Source: Bacteroidia bacterium
GTDB taxonomy: Bacteria > Bacteroidota > Bacteroidia > 2-12-FULL-35-15
Assembly (NCBI GenBank): GCA_036399275.1
Contig: DASWNK010000084.1
Span: forward strand, 8,350-72,349
Length of the DNA: 64,000 nucleotides
Direction of reading: 5' to 3'
Shown: one piece after another, positions 12,488 through 22,986 of the stretch
Position numbering within the stretch: the first letter of the stretch is position 1
How the letters are laid out: every line of letters begins with the position of its first letter
Notes under the pieces: generated by a model
What the model was told of the DNA's origin: nothing
The model's input: only the letters and a program-made list of their open reading frames with translations
Databases searched by the model: none
Made by a program: the position numbers and the translations under genes

Positions 12488-13168
12488 ATGGCACTTGACA
12501 CCATCATTAGTTTAAATAACGTATCTATATTTCAAAAACACAACCTGGTACTTACCAATGTGACTATCAACATTGATAAAGGCGAGTTTGTATATCTTTT
12601 AGGGAAAACGGGCAGCGGGAAAAGTAGTTTGCTGAAAACGTTGTACGCTGATCTTGATTTGACACAAGGCCAGGCAACAGTAGCAGGCTATGACCTTGCC
12701 AGCATTAAACGAAAAGAAATCCCTTTCCTGCGAAGAAAGCTGGGTATCGTGTTCCAGGATTTTCAATTGCTTACAGACAGAAGCGTGAATGACAACCTGA
12801 TGTTCGTATTAAAAGCTACCGGCTGGAAAGACAAACAAGCGATGCAGAAGCGCATTCAGGAAGTATTGGAAAAGGTCCATCTTACTACAAAAGGATTTAA
12901 AATGCCGCATGAGCTTTCGGGTGGCGAGCAACAACGAATATCTATTGCCAGAGCCCTTCTCAATGATCCGGAACTGATACTTGCCGATGAGCCTACCGGA
13001 AACCTTGACCCTGAGACATCGGAAGGAATCATGAATTTACTGATGGAGATCAGTAAGAACGGAAGAGCAGTGCTTATTGCTACCCACGATATTATGATGT
13101 TTGATAAATTCCCTTCCAGAACCATCAAATGCGAAAGCGGAAAAGTGGTGGATTCGAAATTGAATTAA
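12488..13168 (+). CDS. ftsE: ABC ATPase, cell-division FtsE-like
   Basis: 226 aa. Walker A is GKTGSGKSS, the signature is LSGGEQQR and Walker B is LILADEPTG. The size and standalone ATPase architecture are typical of FtsE. No ftsX gene is adjacent. Confidence 0.55.
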   Translation: MALDTIISLNNVSIFQKHNLVLTNVTINIDKGEFVYLLGKTGSGKSSLLKTLYADLDLTQGQATVAGYDLASIKRKEIPFLRRKLGIVFQDFQLLTDRSVNDNLMFVLKATGWKDKQAMQKRIQEVLEKVHLTTKGFKMPHELSGGEQQRISIARALLNDPELILADEPTGNLDPETSEGIMNLLMEISKNGRAVLIATHDIMMFDKFPSRTIKCESGKVVDSKLN

Positions 13169-14280
13169 ATCAGAGCAATCAGCTTATTAACATTAATGAT
13201 ATTTGAAAAATTTTCAAGCAGAACATCTTCTCTCTTTTTCTTTTCCTGCATGTCGAAAGGTTGTTCAAATAATCGAATAATCTCATCGATCATCCCTTGC
13301 GGAGAATCCTGAATAGCGCACAATTGTTCTAACCCTGTATTTGCAACCATAGGGGAGTTAACTACACAATGTCTGCCCGTAAAAAGTGCTGCCAGTAGTT
13401 TTAATTTAATACCTGTCGCCTGAAATGTAGGCAATACATTCAACTGAGCACCTGCAATCAGTTCATCTATTTCCTGAGTATTAATGTTGGCTTTCAGCTG
13501 GATATGAGAATAATTTCCGATGACCGCCTTAAGTTCTGGCGACGGCTTTCTACCTGCAATAATAAATGGTATTTTTATTTTTGAAAAAACCTGATTGACC
13601 AGATATAGAGCTGCTTCGTTGTTTTCACCAACTTCCAAATTTCCGTGATACAAGCAAAAGCTCCCTTTGCCTTCCTTGATCTTTATTTTTTCATTCGGAT
13701 GAAAGGCAGTGATATGATGCACATTTTGGTATCTTCCTGATAATTCACGGGCATCCGCCTGGGAGATGGCGGCCACATGATCAGCCTTCTTTAACACTTT
13801 CTCGAACCGCTCGAGTTTCTTGGCTTCCATCCCGAAATACAGCTTTTTGAAAACAGACTTTTCTACCTTTTGCAGATTTTTATAGTATTCATGTTCGATA
13901 TTGTGTGTGCGTACTATCTTAGTCCTTCCGCTCAGTTGCTCGTCATTCAAATGAAAGCAGGAGTGCAGGCCTTCAAAGAAGATGGGATAAGTATCACGCA
14001 ACAGATTTTCCATTAATTTCTCGGAGGAACGTGTTACTACAACAAAAGGCAAAGCATTTAACAAAAGCTGTTTGCTCATCTTTCTTTTATAGTAATACAC
14101 TTTTTCACAGATGCTTTCCAGACTAAGTGCTTCAGCCCGGCCATACTCGAAACAATGCAAATGAATCTTCACCCCTTTAGCATGCAGCGCTTTTAGTTTA
14201 TAATAAACGTCGATCACGCCCCCGTAATTAGCGGGATAAGGCACATCAAAGGAAATTATATGAATATGTTTTTGGGTCAA
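13165..14280 (-). CDS. Glycosyltransferase (GT-B fold, family 1/4-like)
   Basis: 371 aa. It starts with an IHIISFDVPYPANYGG motif, and the C-terminal half resembles the nucleotide-sugar binding domain of GT1/GT4 enzymes. Confidence 0.5.
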   Translation of the reverse strand: MTQKHIHIISFDVPYPANYGGVIDVYYKLKALHAKGVKIHLHCFEYGRAEALSLESICEKVYYYKRKMSKQLLLNALPFVVVTRSSEKLMENLLRDTYPIFFEGLHSCFHLNDEQLSGRTKIVRTHNIEHEYYKNLQKVEKSVFKKLYFGMEAKKLERFEKVLKKADHVAAISQADARELSGRYQNVHHITAFHPNEKIKIKEGKGSFCLYHGNLEVGENNEAALYLVNQVFSKIKIPFIIAGRKPSPELKAVIGNYSHIQLKANINTQEIDELIAGAQLNVLPTFQATGIKLKLLAALFTGRHCVVNSPMVANTGLEQLCAIQDSPQGMIDEIIRLFEQPFDMQEKKKREDVLLENFSNIINVNKLIALI

Positions 14281-14283
14281 AAT

Positions 14284-15405
14284 TTACAAAAATTCAGTGT
14301 ACACAGCTATCAGTTGCTTTTCCTCGATCTCCCAATTCAATCTTTCGGCCGCAATTTTAGTGTTTTTTTTCCATAATCGAAGCGTATCCTCATCATTTAA
14401 AATGCTATTGATCTTGTCAGCAATATGTTGAGGGTCATGCGAATCAATGCAGGCGCCAACACCATATTCCATAATTACTTTTTTAATTTCCACCAGCCCG
14501 GATGATAAAACAGGTACACCGGAATGTATATAATCGAAAAGCTTATTGGGTAAGCTGAAGCGATAATTGATGTTGGTATCTTTGTCAAGAGTAAGACCAA
14601 GATCAGCGTGACGGGTGTATTGCACTAACTTCTCAAAAGGAACCTTTCCAATAAATTCCACCTTTCCTGTAAGATCAAGATCTGACACCATTTTTTTGAG
14701 AACATCGATTACGTCACCGCTACCAATTATTAACAGGACAGCATTATTTACCATACGCATGCTCAGAACAGCTTCCTCCGCGCCTCTGTCGATATTGATT
14801 CCGGCGCCTTGCAAAACAATGATTTTCTTATCTTCCGGAATCCCCAATTCTCCTTTGCCTGCAAGCCTCACTCGGGCTTGGTTTGAGAGCGAAGGAATAT
14901 TCCTCAGAACTTTAATGTCTACTTTGTATTCCGCTTTATATATGGCGGCAATGGAATCGTTCACGGTAAACACATGCTTGAGTTTCGGAAACATGCTTCT
15001 TTCCAACCTTTTCCAAAGTTTCTTTTTAAAAGGGTTGTTTTGCAGTTCCGGCACTTCACAAAAAAGCTCGTGACTGTCATAAACGAGAGGAATATTCTTT
15101 AATCTGGAAATACGATAATTCGGCCACAAGGTATCCAGATCATTGGCTACCAAAACATCTGCTTTATGGAATAATAAATATAAAAACAAGCGAACTTGAA
15201 ATTCAGCATAAAACAAAGGTCCTTTTTCAAACAGAAGAAACATCCGTTTGGTATTGTATGCCCGATCTGCTAAAGCAAGGCTTTTCCGTTGTCTTCGCCC
15301 AACCAATGTTACAACATATCCCATTTTATGCAATGTGCTGCATACCTTATGTACCCGCTGGTCGGTACTGAGATCATTAATAACGGATACAATCGCTCGT
15401 TTCAA
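14284..15405 (-). CDS. Glycosyltransferase family 4/1
   Basis: 373 aa with a two-Rossmann layout. An E-x7-E-like region is present (SLPNKLFDYIHSGVPVLSS). Confidence 0.6.
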   Translation of the reverse strand: MKRAIVSVINDLSTDQRVHKVCSTLHKMGYVVTLVGRRQRKSLALADRAYNTKRMFLLFEKGPLFYAEFQVRLFLYLLFHKADVLVANDLDTLWPNYRISRLKNIPLVYDSHELFCEVPELQNNPFKKKLWKRLERSMFPKLKHVFTVNDSIAAIYKAEYKVDIKVLRNIPSLSNQARVRLAGKGELGIPEDKKIIVLQGAGINIDRGAEEAVLSMRMVNNAVLLIIGSGDVIDVLKKMVSDLDLTGKVEFIGKVPFEKLVQYTRHADLGLTLDKDTNINYRFSLPNKLFDYIHSGVPVLSSGLVEIKKVIMEYGVGACIDSHDPQHIADKINSILNDEDTLRLWKKNTKIAAERLNWEIEEKQLIAVYTEFL

Positions 15406-15572
15406 AAGAAGTATTTATTATGCGAAGATAGAAAATTACGCCTTCCCCAACCTTTCTCTCTCAAAAAGACAGAAACGGGAAGATATGAGCAAAACGCCAT
15501 GAATAAAATAATATTTGAATCCTTTGCAAGTTGACGTTTAATTGCTGAATTTTGAACATCGGAACACAGCAG

Positions 15573-16589
15573 ATGAAAATTCACGAAAATTATTCCTTAA
15601 AGAAACTCAACACCTTTGGCATTGAAGCTTCGGCAAAGTATTTTGTTGAACTATCAAGTACGGATGATATCAGGGTGATTCTTTCCGATGTGAAATTTTC
15701 AGGCAGCAAAAAACTAATACTGGGTGGAGGAAGCAATTTGTTGTTTACTCAGAATTTCGATGGGCTTGTGCTTAAAAATAATCTAAGAGGAATTGAATTA
15801 CTGAGAGAAGATGAGGATTTTTATTACGTAAAATCTGCTGCTGGAGAAGTCTGGCACGAATTGGTAATGCATTGTATACAAAAAAATTATGCAGGCTTAG
15901 AGAATCTTTCCCTCATACCTGGAAATGTTGGTGCAAGCCCTATGCAGAATATAGGTGCTTACGGCGCTGAAATCAAAGATCATTTTTACGAGCTGGAAGC
16001 ACTGAATATTTTGGACCAAACGATCTATCGCTTTAACAATGACGATTGCAAATTCGGCTATCGTGAGAGTATTTTTAAACGTGAGCTAAAAGATCAATTC
16101 ATTATTACATCTGTCACCTTCAAACTTTTAAAAAATCCTAAATTGAACACGAGCTACGGCGCCATTGAAAAGGAGTTGGAAGCAATGAAGGTTAAGGAGC
16201 TGAGTATCCAGGCAATCAGTCAGGCGGTTTGCAACATTCGCAACAGTAAATTGCCAAATCCGAAAGAGATTGGAAATGCGGGAAGTTTTTTCAAGAACCC
16301 TGAAGTATTAAAACATAAATATGAATCGCTTAAAGAACAATTTCCTGCCATTGTAGGCTACGACCTGGAAAATGGAAATGTGAAATTAGCGGCTGGATGG
16401 CTGATCGAACAAAGCGGCTGGAAGGGCCAAACCTTTGGGGATGCAGGCGTACATAAGCTGCAGGCTTTGGTATTAGTTAACTACGGCAATGCGAAAGGGA
16501 AAGAAATTTTCGACCTCTCTCAGAGAGTACTTGATTCTGTAAAAGAAAAATTTGGAGTAAACCTGGAAAGAGAAATAAATATTATTTAA
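15573..16589 (+). CDS. murB: UDP-N-acetylenolpyruvoylglucosamine reductase
   Basis: An FAD-binding PCMH-type N-terminus is present (LKKLNTFGIEA...LILGGGSNLLF). The C-terminal MurB motifs GNAGSFFKNP and AAGWLIEQSGWKG are present. The start is set at ATG 15573 rather than TTG 15552. Confidence 0.9.
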   Translation: MKIHENYSLKKLNTFGIEASAKYFVELSSTDDIRVILSDVKFSGSKKLILGGGSNLLFTQNFDGLVLKNNLRGIELLREDEDFYYVKSAAGEVWHELVMHCIQKNYAGLENLSLIPGNVGASPMQNIGAYGAEIKDHFYELEALNILDQTIYRFNNDDCKFGYRESIFKRELKDQFIITSVTFKLLKNPKLNTSYGAIEKELEAMKVKELSIQAISQAVCNIRNSKLPNPKEIGNAGSFFKNPEVLKHKYESLKEQFPAIVGYDLENGNVKLAAGWLIEQSGWKGQTFGDAGVHKLQALVLVNYGNAKGKEIFDLSQRVLDSVKEKFGVNLEREINII

Positions 16590-17101
16590 TCGCAAAGATA
16601 TTTTTCCCTCACCACATTCATGTGATGAATGGTGTGCCCCACGATAATATAAAGAAGCGCTCGTACAGATATTTCTTTGCCGTTCGCATTTCCAATCTCA
16701 TTGATCATTTCTTCGGTAAACGATTTGAACAAAGCTATATTGGATTCCCGAACCAACGCGAACTCGTGCGCCAGATCATATAATGTGCGATCATTAAAAT
16801 TCGAATTAGAAATAAATGCATTTTCATCAAAACCGGAAAGCTGTGTTTTATCTTTCCTCGACATACGAAAAGCCCGGTAAGCCATAATGCGTTCCGTATC
16901 AATAATGTGACCGATTACTTCCTTGATAGTCCATTTTCCAGCAGCGTATGCATGATCTTCTTTGTCGTTGGGGACATTTGAAATCAGCGATTGCAAATCC
17001 AGTATCTGGTCCTGCATTCCCTTTATAATATTCTCATTCTTTACCAACGAAATATAGCCCTCGTAGAATGCTGCATATTCGGAAGATTGTGGTCGTTTCA
17101 T
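16586..17101 (-). CDS. DinB-family (four-helix bundle, metal-binding) protein
   Basis: 171 aa. It has the WTIKEVIGHIIDTERI motif and a C-terminal GHTIHH, matching the DinB/YfiT His triad pattern. Confidence 0.7.
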   Translation of the reverse strand: MKRPQSSEYAAFYEGYISLVKNENIIKGMQDQILDLQSLISNVPNDKEDHAYAAGKWTIKEVIGHIIDTERIMAYRAFRMSRKDKTQLSGFDENAFISNSNFNDRTLYDLAHEFALVRESNIALFKSFTEEMINEIGNANGKEISVRALLYIIVGHTIHHMNVVREKYLCD

Positions 17102-17104
17102 AAA

Positions 17105-17623
17105 TTATTCGTTCAGATATTTTGTTTTAATAACCTTCATATGATGGGTTGCATGTCCTGCGATCATAAACAATAGCGCCCGGACAGATACATCCAGATT
17201 ATTCGCAACTCCTACCTGACTCAGTGCTTCTTCGTCCCACACTTTGAATAAAGCGAGATTAGCTTCGCGCACGATAGCGAACTCATGGCTTAAGCCATAC
17301 AATGTTTGCTTGTTGAAATTTGCTTTAGCAACGTATTCATTTTCGTCGTATCCGGGCAGATGAGTTTTATCCTTTCTGGCAAAACGCATTGCACGGTAAC
17401 CCAACACTCTTTCTGTATCAATGATATGACCAATAATTTCTTTGATGGTCCATTTCCCGGGAGCGTAAACATACTCTTCCTTATCTTCGGGTATAGTGGA
17501 AATAATTGCTTGAATATCCAGTACCTGATCACGGAGTTCTTTAATAATATTATCCGTTTTTACATTATCCACATACCCCTTATAGAAGGATGGATATTCA
17601 CTGGGAGCCGGACGTTTTATCAT
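17105..17623 (-). CDS. DinB-family protein, tandem paralog
   Basis: 172 aa, colinear with the neighbouring gene at roughly 55-60 percent identity by eye. It has the WTIKEIIGHIIDTERV and GHATHH motifs. Confidence 0.7.
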   Translation of the reverse strand: MIKRPAPSEYPSFYKGYVDNVKTDNIIKELRDQVLDIQAIISTIPEDKEEYVYAPGKWTIKEIIGHIIDTERVLGYRAMRFARKDKTHLPGYDENEYVAKANFNKQTLYGLSHEFAIVREANLALFKVWDEEALSQVGVANNLDVSVRALLFMIAGHATHHMKVIKTKYLNE

Positions 17624-17625
17624 AA

Positions 17626-19353
17626 TTAAAGTTTATCTAATTCTTTCTTAACAAAATCAGCGAGCTCTTTTACATAGGCTTGAGAAAAATTAAATTCAAT
17701 TCCTGCTGTTTTATAAATCTCGGGAATTGATTTAGTATAACCTAATCGCAATGCGGCTTCATAAGCATCCAATGCTTTCTCAGGATTGTTTTTATAATTA
17801 CGCCATACAGCTATTGCACCTAATTGTGCCATGCCGTATTCAATGTAATAAAATGGAACTTCGAAAATATGAAGCTGACTTTGCCAACCTCTGCTTCTCA
17901 CATCTTCGAATCCAGTATAATCAATTTCCTTACTGGCAAACTGATCAATCAGCGTTTTCCAGCTGCTCATTCGTTCTGGAATTGTATGATTCGGGTTTTC
18001 ATACACCCAATGCTGAAACTTATCAACTGCAGCAATCCATAACAATGTTTTTAAGGACTTATCCAGTTGCTCTTTCTTAGCGCGTTTCAAATCATCGGCA
18101 TTTTCAAAAAATACGTCCCAATGCTCCATGGAAATTAACTCCATCGACATGGAAGCGAGTTCGGCAACTTCCGACGGGGTGCTTTTAAAATCAGTGAGTG
18201 GCAAGTCGCGCGTAACAAAGGAATGAATAGCATGCCCGCCTTCATGCACCATTGTAACAAGGTCGCGATGAGAACCCACTGAATTCATAAATATAAACGG
18301 CACACCAATTTCGTACAGCGGATAATTATAACCTCCCGGCGCTTTTCCTATCCGTGAATCCAAATCCAGGTAGCCCATCGTTTTCATAATTTCGAGGTAG
18401 CCGCCAAAATCAGGACGAACTTTATTAAAGCACTCGATGGATTTATCAGTTAATTCTTCCGCACTGGAAAACGGTTTTAAAGCCGGACGACCTTCTTCAT
18501 CCACTTCTGTGTCCCAAGGCTTCAAAGCATCCAGCTTCATTATCTTTTTACGCGCACGGTCAGAAGCTTCCGTCAAAGGAAGGATTTCTTTCGCAATGGA
18601 ATCGTGGAAATCGAAACAGTCTTTTACACTATAATCAAATCGTCCGAGCTCATCGAATTTGTAATCGCGGTAGTTCTTAAATCCAGCATTAGTTGCAACC
18701 TGGTGACGCAATTGAATAAGTTCGCTAAAGAGCTCATTCAGGGTAGCTACTTCATGAGATCTTCTCTCTTGAATTTTCCGATATACTTTTTCCCGTACAC
18801 CTCTGTTCGTATCCTTAAGTAAGGTGGAAGCCATCTGCAAAGTAATCTCTTTGCCTTCCCAGTTGATCGTCATCGCAGCGGAAATAGCGCCGTACTTCTG
18901 TGATTCAATTCCGATTTTTGTTTGCAGTGGTATGTTTACTTCCCTGTATAGCTCCAATGCTTTTTTTACACCGCGAATGTATATCCTGTAAGTTTCCTGA
19001 TTCAGCTCCTTTAAATAAGGAGAGTTTACCAGTATAATATTTAACTCGTTGCTATATGGCGCAATGTGCGGGTCAATCTCTGATACAAAAAAATTATAGG
19101 AGTCTGTTAGGGTCTGATCGGCTGTATCACAAGTCATCTTAATGTATCGCCAGGCAAAATCTTCACTTAATGCCGCTTCCAGTTCGCTTCGGTCGTAAAG
19201 CCACTGCTCCAGTTCCTCAGCAGAAGAAATAGCCCTTTCTTTTAAATCGATAAAATAAGGTTCAATTTTTTTCCAGGAATCAAATTGCAGATCCTGAGAT
19301 AAAAAGTGACGTAATGGCTTTGTTGGTATAACCACCTGTTTGGTCTTCATCAA
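17626..19353 (-). CDS. M3-family oligoendopeptidase (PepF-like)
   Basis: 575 aa with the zinc motif HEGGHAIH and a downstream Glu region. Size and layout are typical of M3B. Confidence 0.75.
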   Translation of the reverse strand: MMKTKQVVIPTKPLRHFLSQDLQFDSWKKIEPYFIDLKERAISSAEELEQWLYDRSELEAALSEDFAWRYIKMTCDTADQTLTDSYNFFVSEIDPHIAPYSNELNIILVNSPYLKELNQETYRIYIRGVKKALELYREVNIPLQTKIGIESQKYGAISAAMTINWEGKEITLQMASTLLKDTNRGVREKVYRKIQERRSHEVATLNELFSELIQLRHQVATNAGFKNYRDYKFDELGRFDYSVKDCFDFHDSIAKEILPLTEASDRARKKIMKLDALKPWDTEVDEEGRPALKPFSSAEELTDKSIECFNKVRPDFGGYLEIMKTMGYLDLDSRIGKAPGGYNYPLYEIGVPFIFMNSVGSHRDLVTMVHEGGHAIHSFVTRDLPLTDFKSTPSEVAELASMSMELISMEHWDVFFENADDLKRAKKEQLDKSLKTLLWIAAVDKFQHWVYENPNHTIPERMSSWKTLIDQFASKEIDYTGFEDVRSRGWQSQLHIFEVPFYYIEYGMAQLGAIAVWRNYKNNPEKALDAYEAALRLGYTKSIPEIYKTAGIEFNFSQAYVKELADFVKKELDKL

Positions 19354-19420
19354 AATACAATTGAAATTAAGAACCTTTTGTCCGACATCAGGGAGGCGAT
19401 CGGAATGGCTTTAATTAAAT

Positions 19421-19467
19421 TAAGAAAAAATTAAAAGAAAAATCCGGTGCTTATGCAACTCCGGATT
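19421..19467 (-). terminator. Probable terminator overlapping the stop codon of the 19451-19993 gene
   Basis: aatccgg (19441-19447) pairs with ccggatt (19461-19467). The - strand reads a T-rich tract after the hairpin. Confidence 0.4.
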
Positions 19468-19993
19468 TTCTAACGCCTTGTACTTTTACTTTTGAGCTGG
19501 CCGTCTTCACTGGCTTGGCACTGGTATCTTTCAGAACCGTTTTGGTAGCACCTTTCGCATCAGCTGCAGGAGCTTTCTTTTTCGGCTTGTCGCTATCAGC
19601 TTCTTCCTCTTTCTTCACCAATAAACCATCTTTCTGAAGAAGGTTATACCAGTTCAACACTTTTTTAATGTCAGAAACATATACTCTTTCCTCATCATAT
19701 TCTGCGAAGGCCGCTTTGAAATACTTTTTCAAATCCGCGTCCGCTGATTTATGATCGATGCATGCTCCGCCCTTTTCTTTATCAAAGATTTTTTGAAACA
19801 CATCTTTCAAAGGCACATCATCAGCAGTTGAGTATATGCTCACATCTGCCAATGCACTGATCTTATGAGTAGAAAATGCCTGCACACGTTTTTTATCGAT
19901 CAATGATTCTACTATTAAACCATTCTTTGTCTGAGCAATAACCTTATAAAGTCCGCTCATTCCTGCAATTGAAATAATTCCGCTTAAATCCAT
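19451..19993 (-). CDS. Conserved hypothetical protein with Lys/Ala-rich basic C-terminal tail
   Basis: 180 aa with no signal peptide. A globular N-terminal region of about 120 aa is followed by KKEEEADSDKPKKKAPAADAKGATK...KVKVQGVRK. Confidence 0.5.
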   Translation of the reverse strand: MDLSGIISIAGMSGLYKVIAQTKNGLIVESLIDKKRVQAFSTHKISALADVSIYSTADDVPLKDVFQKIFDKEKGGACIDHKSADADLKKYFKAAFAEYDEERVYVSDIKKVLNWYNLLQKDGLLVKKEEEADSDKPKKKAPAADAKGATKTVLKDTSAKPVKTASSKVKVQGVRKSGVA

Positions 19994-20042
19994 AGTTCTT
20001 TTTTAATTTGATTACAAAGGTAAATAAAATATTGTTTAGGAT

Positions 20043-22919
20043 TTACCTTGTTACAATCAATTTTTGTACATACTTTTTATTTCCTACCGTCAGCTGGTAA
20101 TAATACAATCCGTTGGTCAGTGAAGACGTTTCATAGCTATAACGGTGGTTACCTGCCTGAGCCTGTTCTGCGACAATAGTTTTGATTTCTTCGCCCAATA
20201 CATTGAATACTTTCAGTTCAATTTTTGAATCGGTAGCCAACGAGATATCAATGGAAGACAGTCCGCTGGTTGGGTTAGGGAAAATCTTCATCGAATTTTC
20301 ATTGTCAGTTGTAATGCTTGAAATCCCTGTCGTAACACCAAGTCCATCATACTTCGTTTGTGCATTCACGGCGCTTGTTTGAAGATCCGTCAGATTATCT
20401 CCAGCTATTAATGCAAATGCAACTTTAATAGAATCGCCAGCCGCGATCGTATAAGGGCCGGTACTCACAACGTCACATACATCGACTCCAGTGCCGGCAA
20501 CGCCTGCTGCAGCACGATTGGTATTCATAGTCAGGTATTTTTCAGCTCCGCTGTATCCGTCTGTTAAATCAGCCCCACCGGCACCACCGGCAATATTATC
20601 TACCGCATAATGCACCACTGGCGCAGAACTTGTCAAAAGCTTAATCCCTGCGTATTTTCCGGCTGCTCCTGTATAATATACATAGCCCATTTTATTGGCT
20701 GCGTCAAATGCTGCACGGTTCGATCCGAACGTTGTTGCGTCAATATCCCAATCTGCAAAAATGCCGGAATACAAATTTGGCAGACTGACAGATCCTGTAT
20801 TGGAAATAACATATTCCACTATCACATATTTCCTATTCCCTGCAGTACTCCAGGCATAAGCTTTATGGTGAACACTCAGGGGCAACGGAGAGGTTGCCAA
20901 AGCATCTATAAACTTTCCATCAACATCAAATTCTGAGAAGACAGAAGGAGCAACAGCATGAGCGGCAACAGATGATTGAAAATCGGCTGCAGGAGTGGAA
21001 TAAGCTCTCACGCAATCCGAAACTTTTCCGGTATCTCTTCCGATCATTAAACCTGCTTCATACAATAATGTGCCGGCACCAAGATAATTAAAGCCTAGTC
21101 CGCCCATTTGTCCGTTTTGGCTGTAACCAATACGGCCATTGCTTCCAATTGAAGTAGCCACATCATTGATTGTTATATTAACGTAATCCACATTCACTGT
21201 GATGTAAAAGAATTCGTACGCAGTATAAGAAGTTGCAGGATCAGAATAAGTAAGCTTAAACAATACAGACGTATTTGCAGGTGCTGAAGGCAATATTCTG
21301 AATCGGAAAGGATCGGCATTATTATTTGCAACTCCCAGTGTCGCTACAGCGCCCAAAGAGCTTGTTCCGTCCACCACACTCACAAATACGGAAGTAGAAG
21401 AAAGCGTTGCCGTCAAGCTGGTTGTAGGGGCCAGATAGTTGGTATAGTTACCGAAAATATTCAAGGTGTCTCCAATCACAAATGTATTATCATTGTTGTC
21501 GGTCACATTTCTCACTGTCATCACCACGGAAGGGGTATTGGCATTTGTCAATGCCTTGTATAAATCAATACGGCCCGTTCCCAGCTTATTTGCATAAATC
21601 GGACTCATTAAGGAATAATTATTAAAAGTAGTTGTTTTCAGTCGCTCACCTACCTGCAAAGCGGTGTAAGTAGGAAAGAAAGATTTAATGATAGCTGCCG
21701 CTCCTGCTGCACAAGGCGAGGACATGGAAGTACCTGTTAATGAACTATAGCTGTTGGTAGGGTAAGTGGAATTGATTCCTTCGCCCGGAGCAGTAACATC
21801 CACCGAATAATTAAATGTAGAAGTAGAGGAACGTCTGTCGTCGCTTTTTGTATTTGCAACACTAATTACATACGTGTATGCAGCCGGATAAGACGCCTCG
21901 TCAATTCCGGTATTTCCCGCAGCAGCAACTACTAATGCATTCTTATTGATGGTAGCATAATTCACAACATCCTGTCCGAATTGCCCTCCACCTGCACCGC
22001 CCCATGAGCAGTTGATAACAGAACAACCATGATCAGCAGCATAGGTAATGCCCTGATATGCCATCGTCAGTATTCCTGCTGCATCAGCAATTTTCACCGG
22101 AAGAAATTTACAATTGAACCCAACACCTGCAATACCAATACTATTATTTACTTTCGCTGCTGCAATTCCGGAAACGTGAACCCCGTGCGGATCACCGGTC
22201 CATGTAGGATTATTATCATTACCACCAAGATCCCATCCACGGTAGTTATCAGTATATCCATCACCGTCGCCATCGCCACCGCCTGCAAGATCCAAAGGAT
22301 TGATCTTTATCTGGCTAGCCAGATCACTATGAGTCAATTCAACACCGGTATCTGTAATTCCAATAACAATATTGGTATCACCACGCGCGGTAGTGGTATT
22401 TACACCCCATGCATTCTCCGCCTGAATTTTCGTAATTCCCCACTGAGTGGATAGTAAAGGATCATTCGGGGTATAATCCACATGAGGAATATAATAAGGT
22501 TCTACATATTGAAACACGGGCACAACCGCAATTTTATTGATCGCTTTTTCAAGCGATACATTGGAGGTATAGGAAAACTGGTAGATCAAGGTAAGATCAG
22601 TCAGCTTTTCTCCTCTCTCGTTGTATTCTCTTTCCGGCGCTTTGGTATGAGGAAACACCTTTGCCAACCCGGAGGCGCCAAGGGCAGTATATAATTGCTT
22701 AAAAAGCACATTCTCTATCTTGTTGGAAGAGCAAATTGCTGCATGCTCCGGTCTCACTTTCACGATGATTGTCTTTTCAAGATAATCACCAGGTTTAATA
22801 TTTTCTGCCATTTTGAAATGGATCGGTTCAGAAATACCATTTTTTGTTTGTGCAAAGATCGCTGAAGTGCTGATTGCACCCATAATAATTGCAAACCGGA
22901 TTGTTTTGATTTGTAGCAT
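20043..22919 (-). CDS. Secreted S8 subtilisin-family serine peptidase with T9SS C-terminal sorting domain
   Basis: 958 aa with a signal peptide. The catalytic Asp (GITDTGV), His (HGVHVSG) and Ser (GTSMSSP) motifs are present. The C-terminal roughly 80 aa read KIFPNPTSGLSSIDI...GLYYYQLTV...QKLIVTR, typical of Por/T9SS type A CTDs. Confidence 0.85.
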   Translation of the reverse strand: MLQIKTIRFAIIMGAISTSAIFAQTKNGISEPIHFKMAENIKPGDYLEKTIIVKVRPEHAAICSSNKIENVLFKQLYTALGASGLAKVFPHTKAPEREYNERGEKLTDLTLIYQFSYTSNVSLEKAINKIAVVPVFQYVEPYYIPHVDYTPNDPLLSTQWGITKIQAENAWGVNTTTARGDTNIVIGITDTGVELTHSDLASQIKINPLDLAGGGDGDGDGYTDNYRGWDLGGNDNNPTWTGDPHGVHVSGIAAAKVNNSIGIAGVGFNCKFLPVKIADAAGILTMAYQGITYAADHGCSVINCSWGGAGGGQFGQDVVNYATINKNALVVAAAGNTGIDEASYPAAYTYVISVANTKSDDRRSSTSTFNYSVDVTAPGEGINSTYPTNSYSSLTGTSMSSPCAAGAAAIIKSFFPTYTALQVGERLKTTTFNNYSLMSPIYANKLGTGRIDLYKALTNANTPSVVMTVRNVTDNNDNTFVIGDTLNIFGNYTNYLAPTTSLTATLSSTSVFVSVVDGTSSLGAVATLGVANNNADPFRFRILPSAPANTSVLFKLTYSDPATSYTAYEFFYITVNVDYVNITINDVATSIGSNGRIGYSQNGQMGGLGFNYLGAGTLLYEAGLMIGRDTGKVSDCVRAYSTPAADFQSSVAAHAVAPSVFSEFDVDGKFIDALATSPLPLSVHHKAYAWSTAGNRKYVIVEYVISNTGSVSLPNLYSGIFADWDIDATTFGSNRAAFDAANKMGYVYYTGAAGKYAGIKLLTSSAPVVHYAVDNIAGGAGGADLTDGYSGAEKYLTMNTNRAAAGVAGTGVDVCDVVSTGPYTIAAGDSIKVAFALIAGDNLTDLQTSAVNAQTKYDGLGVTTGISSITTDNENSMKIFPNPTSGLSSIDISLATDSKIELKVFNVLGEEIKTIVAEQAQAGNHRYSYETSSLTNGLYYYQLTVGNKKYVQKLIVTR

Positions 22920-22986
22920 TTTTAAATCATTTTATAATGTTAATTTACTGCAATATAAGGAAGTTTTTAAAAAAATCAAAAGGGTG

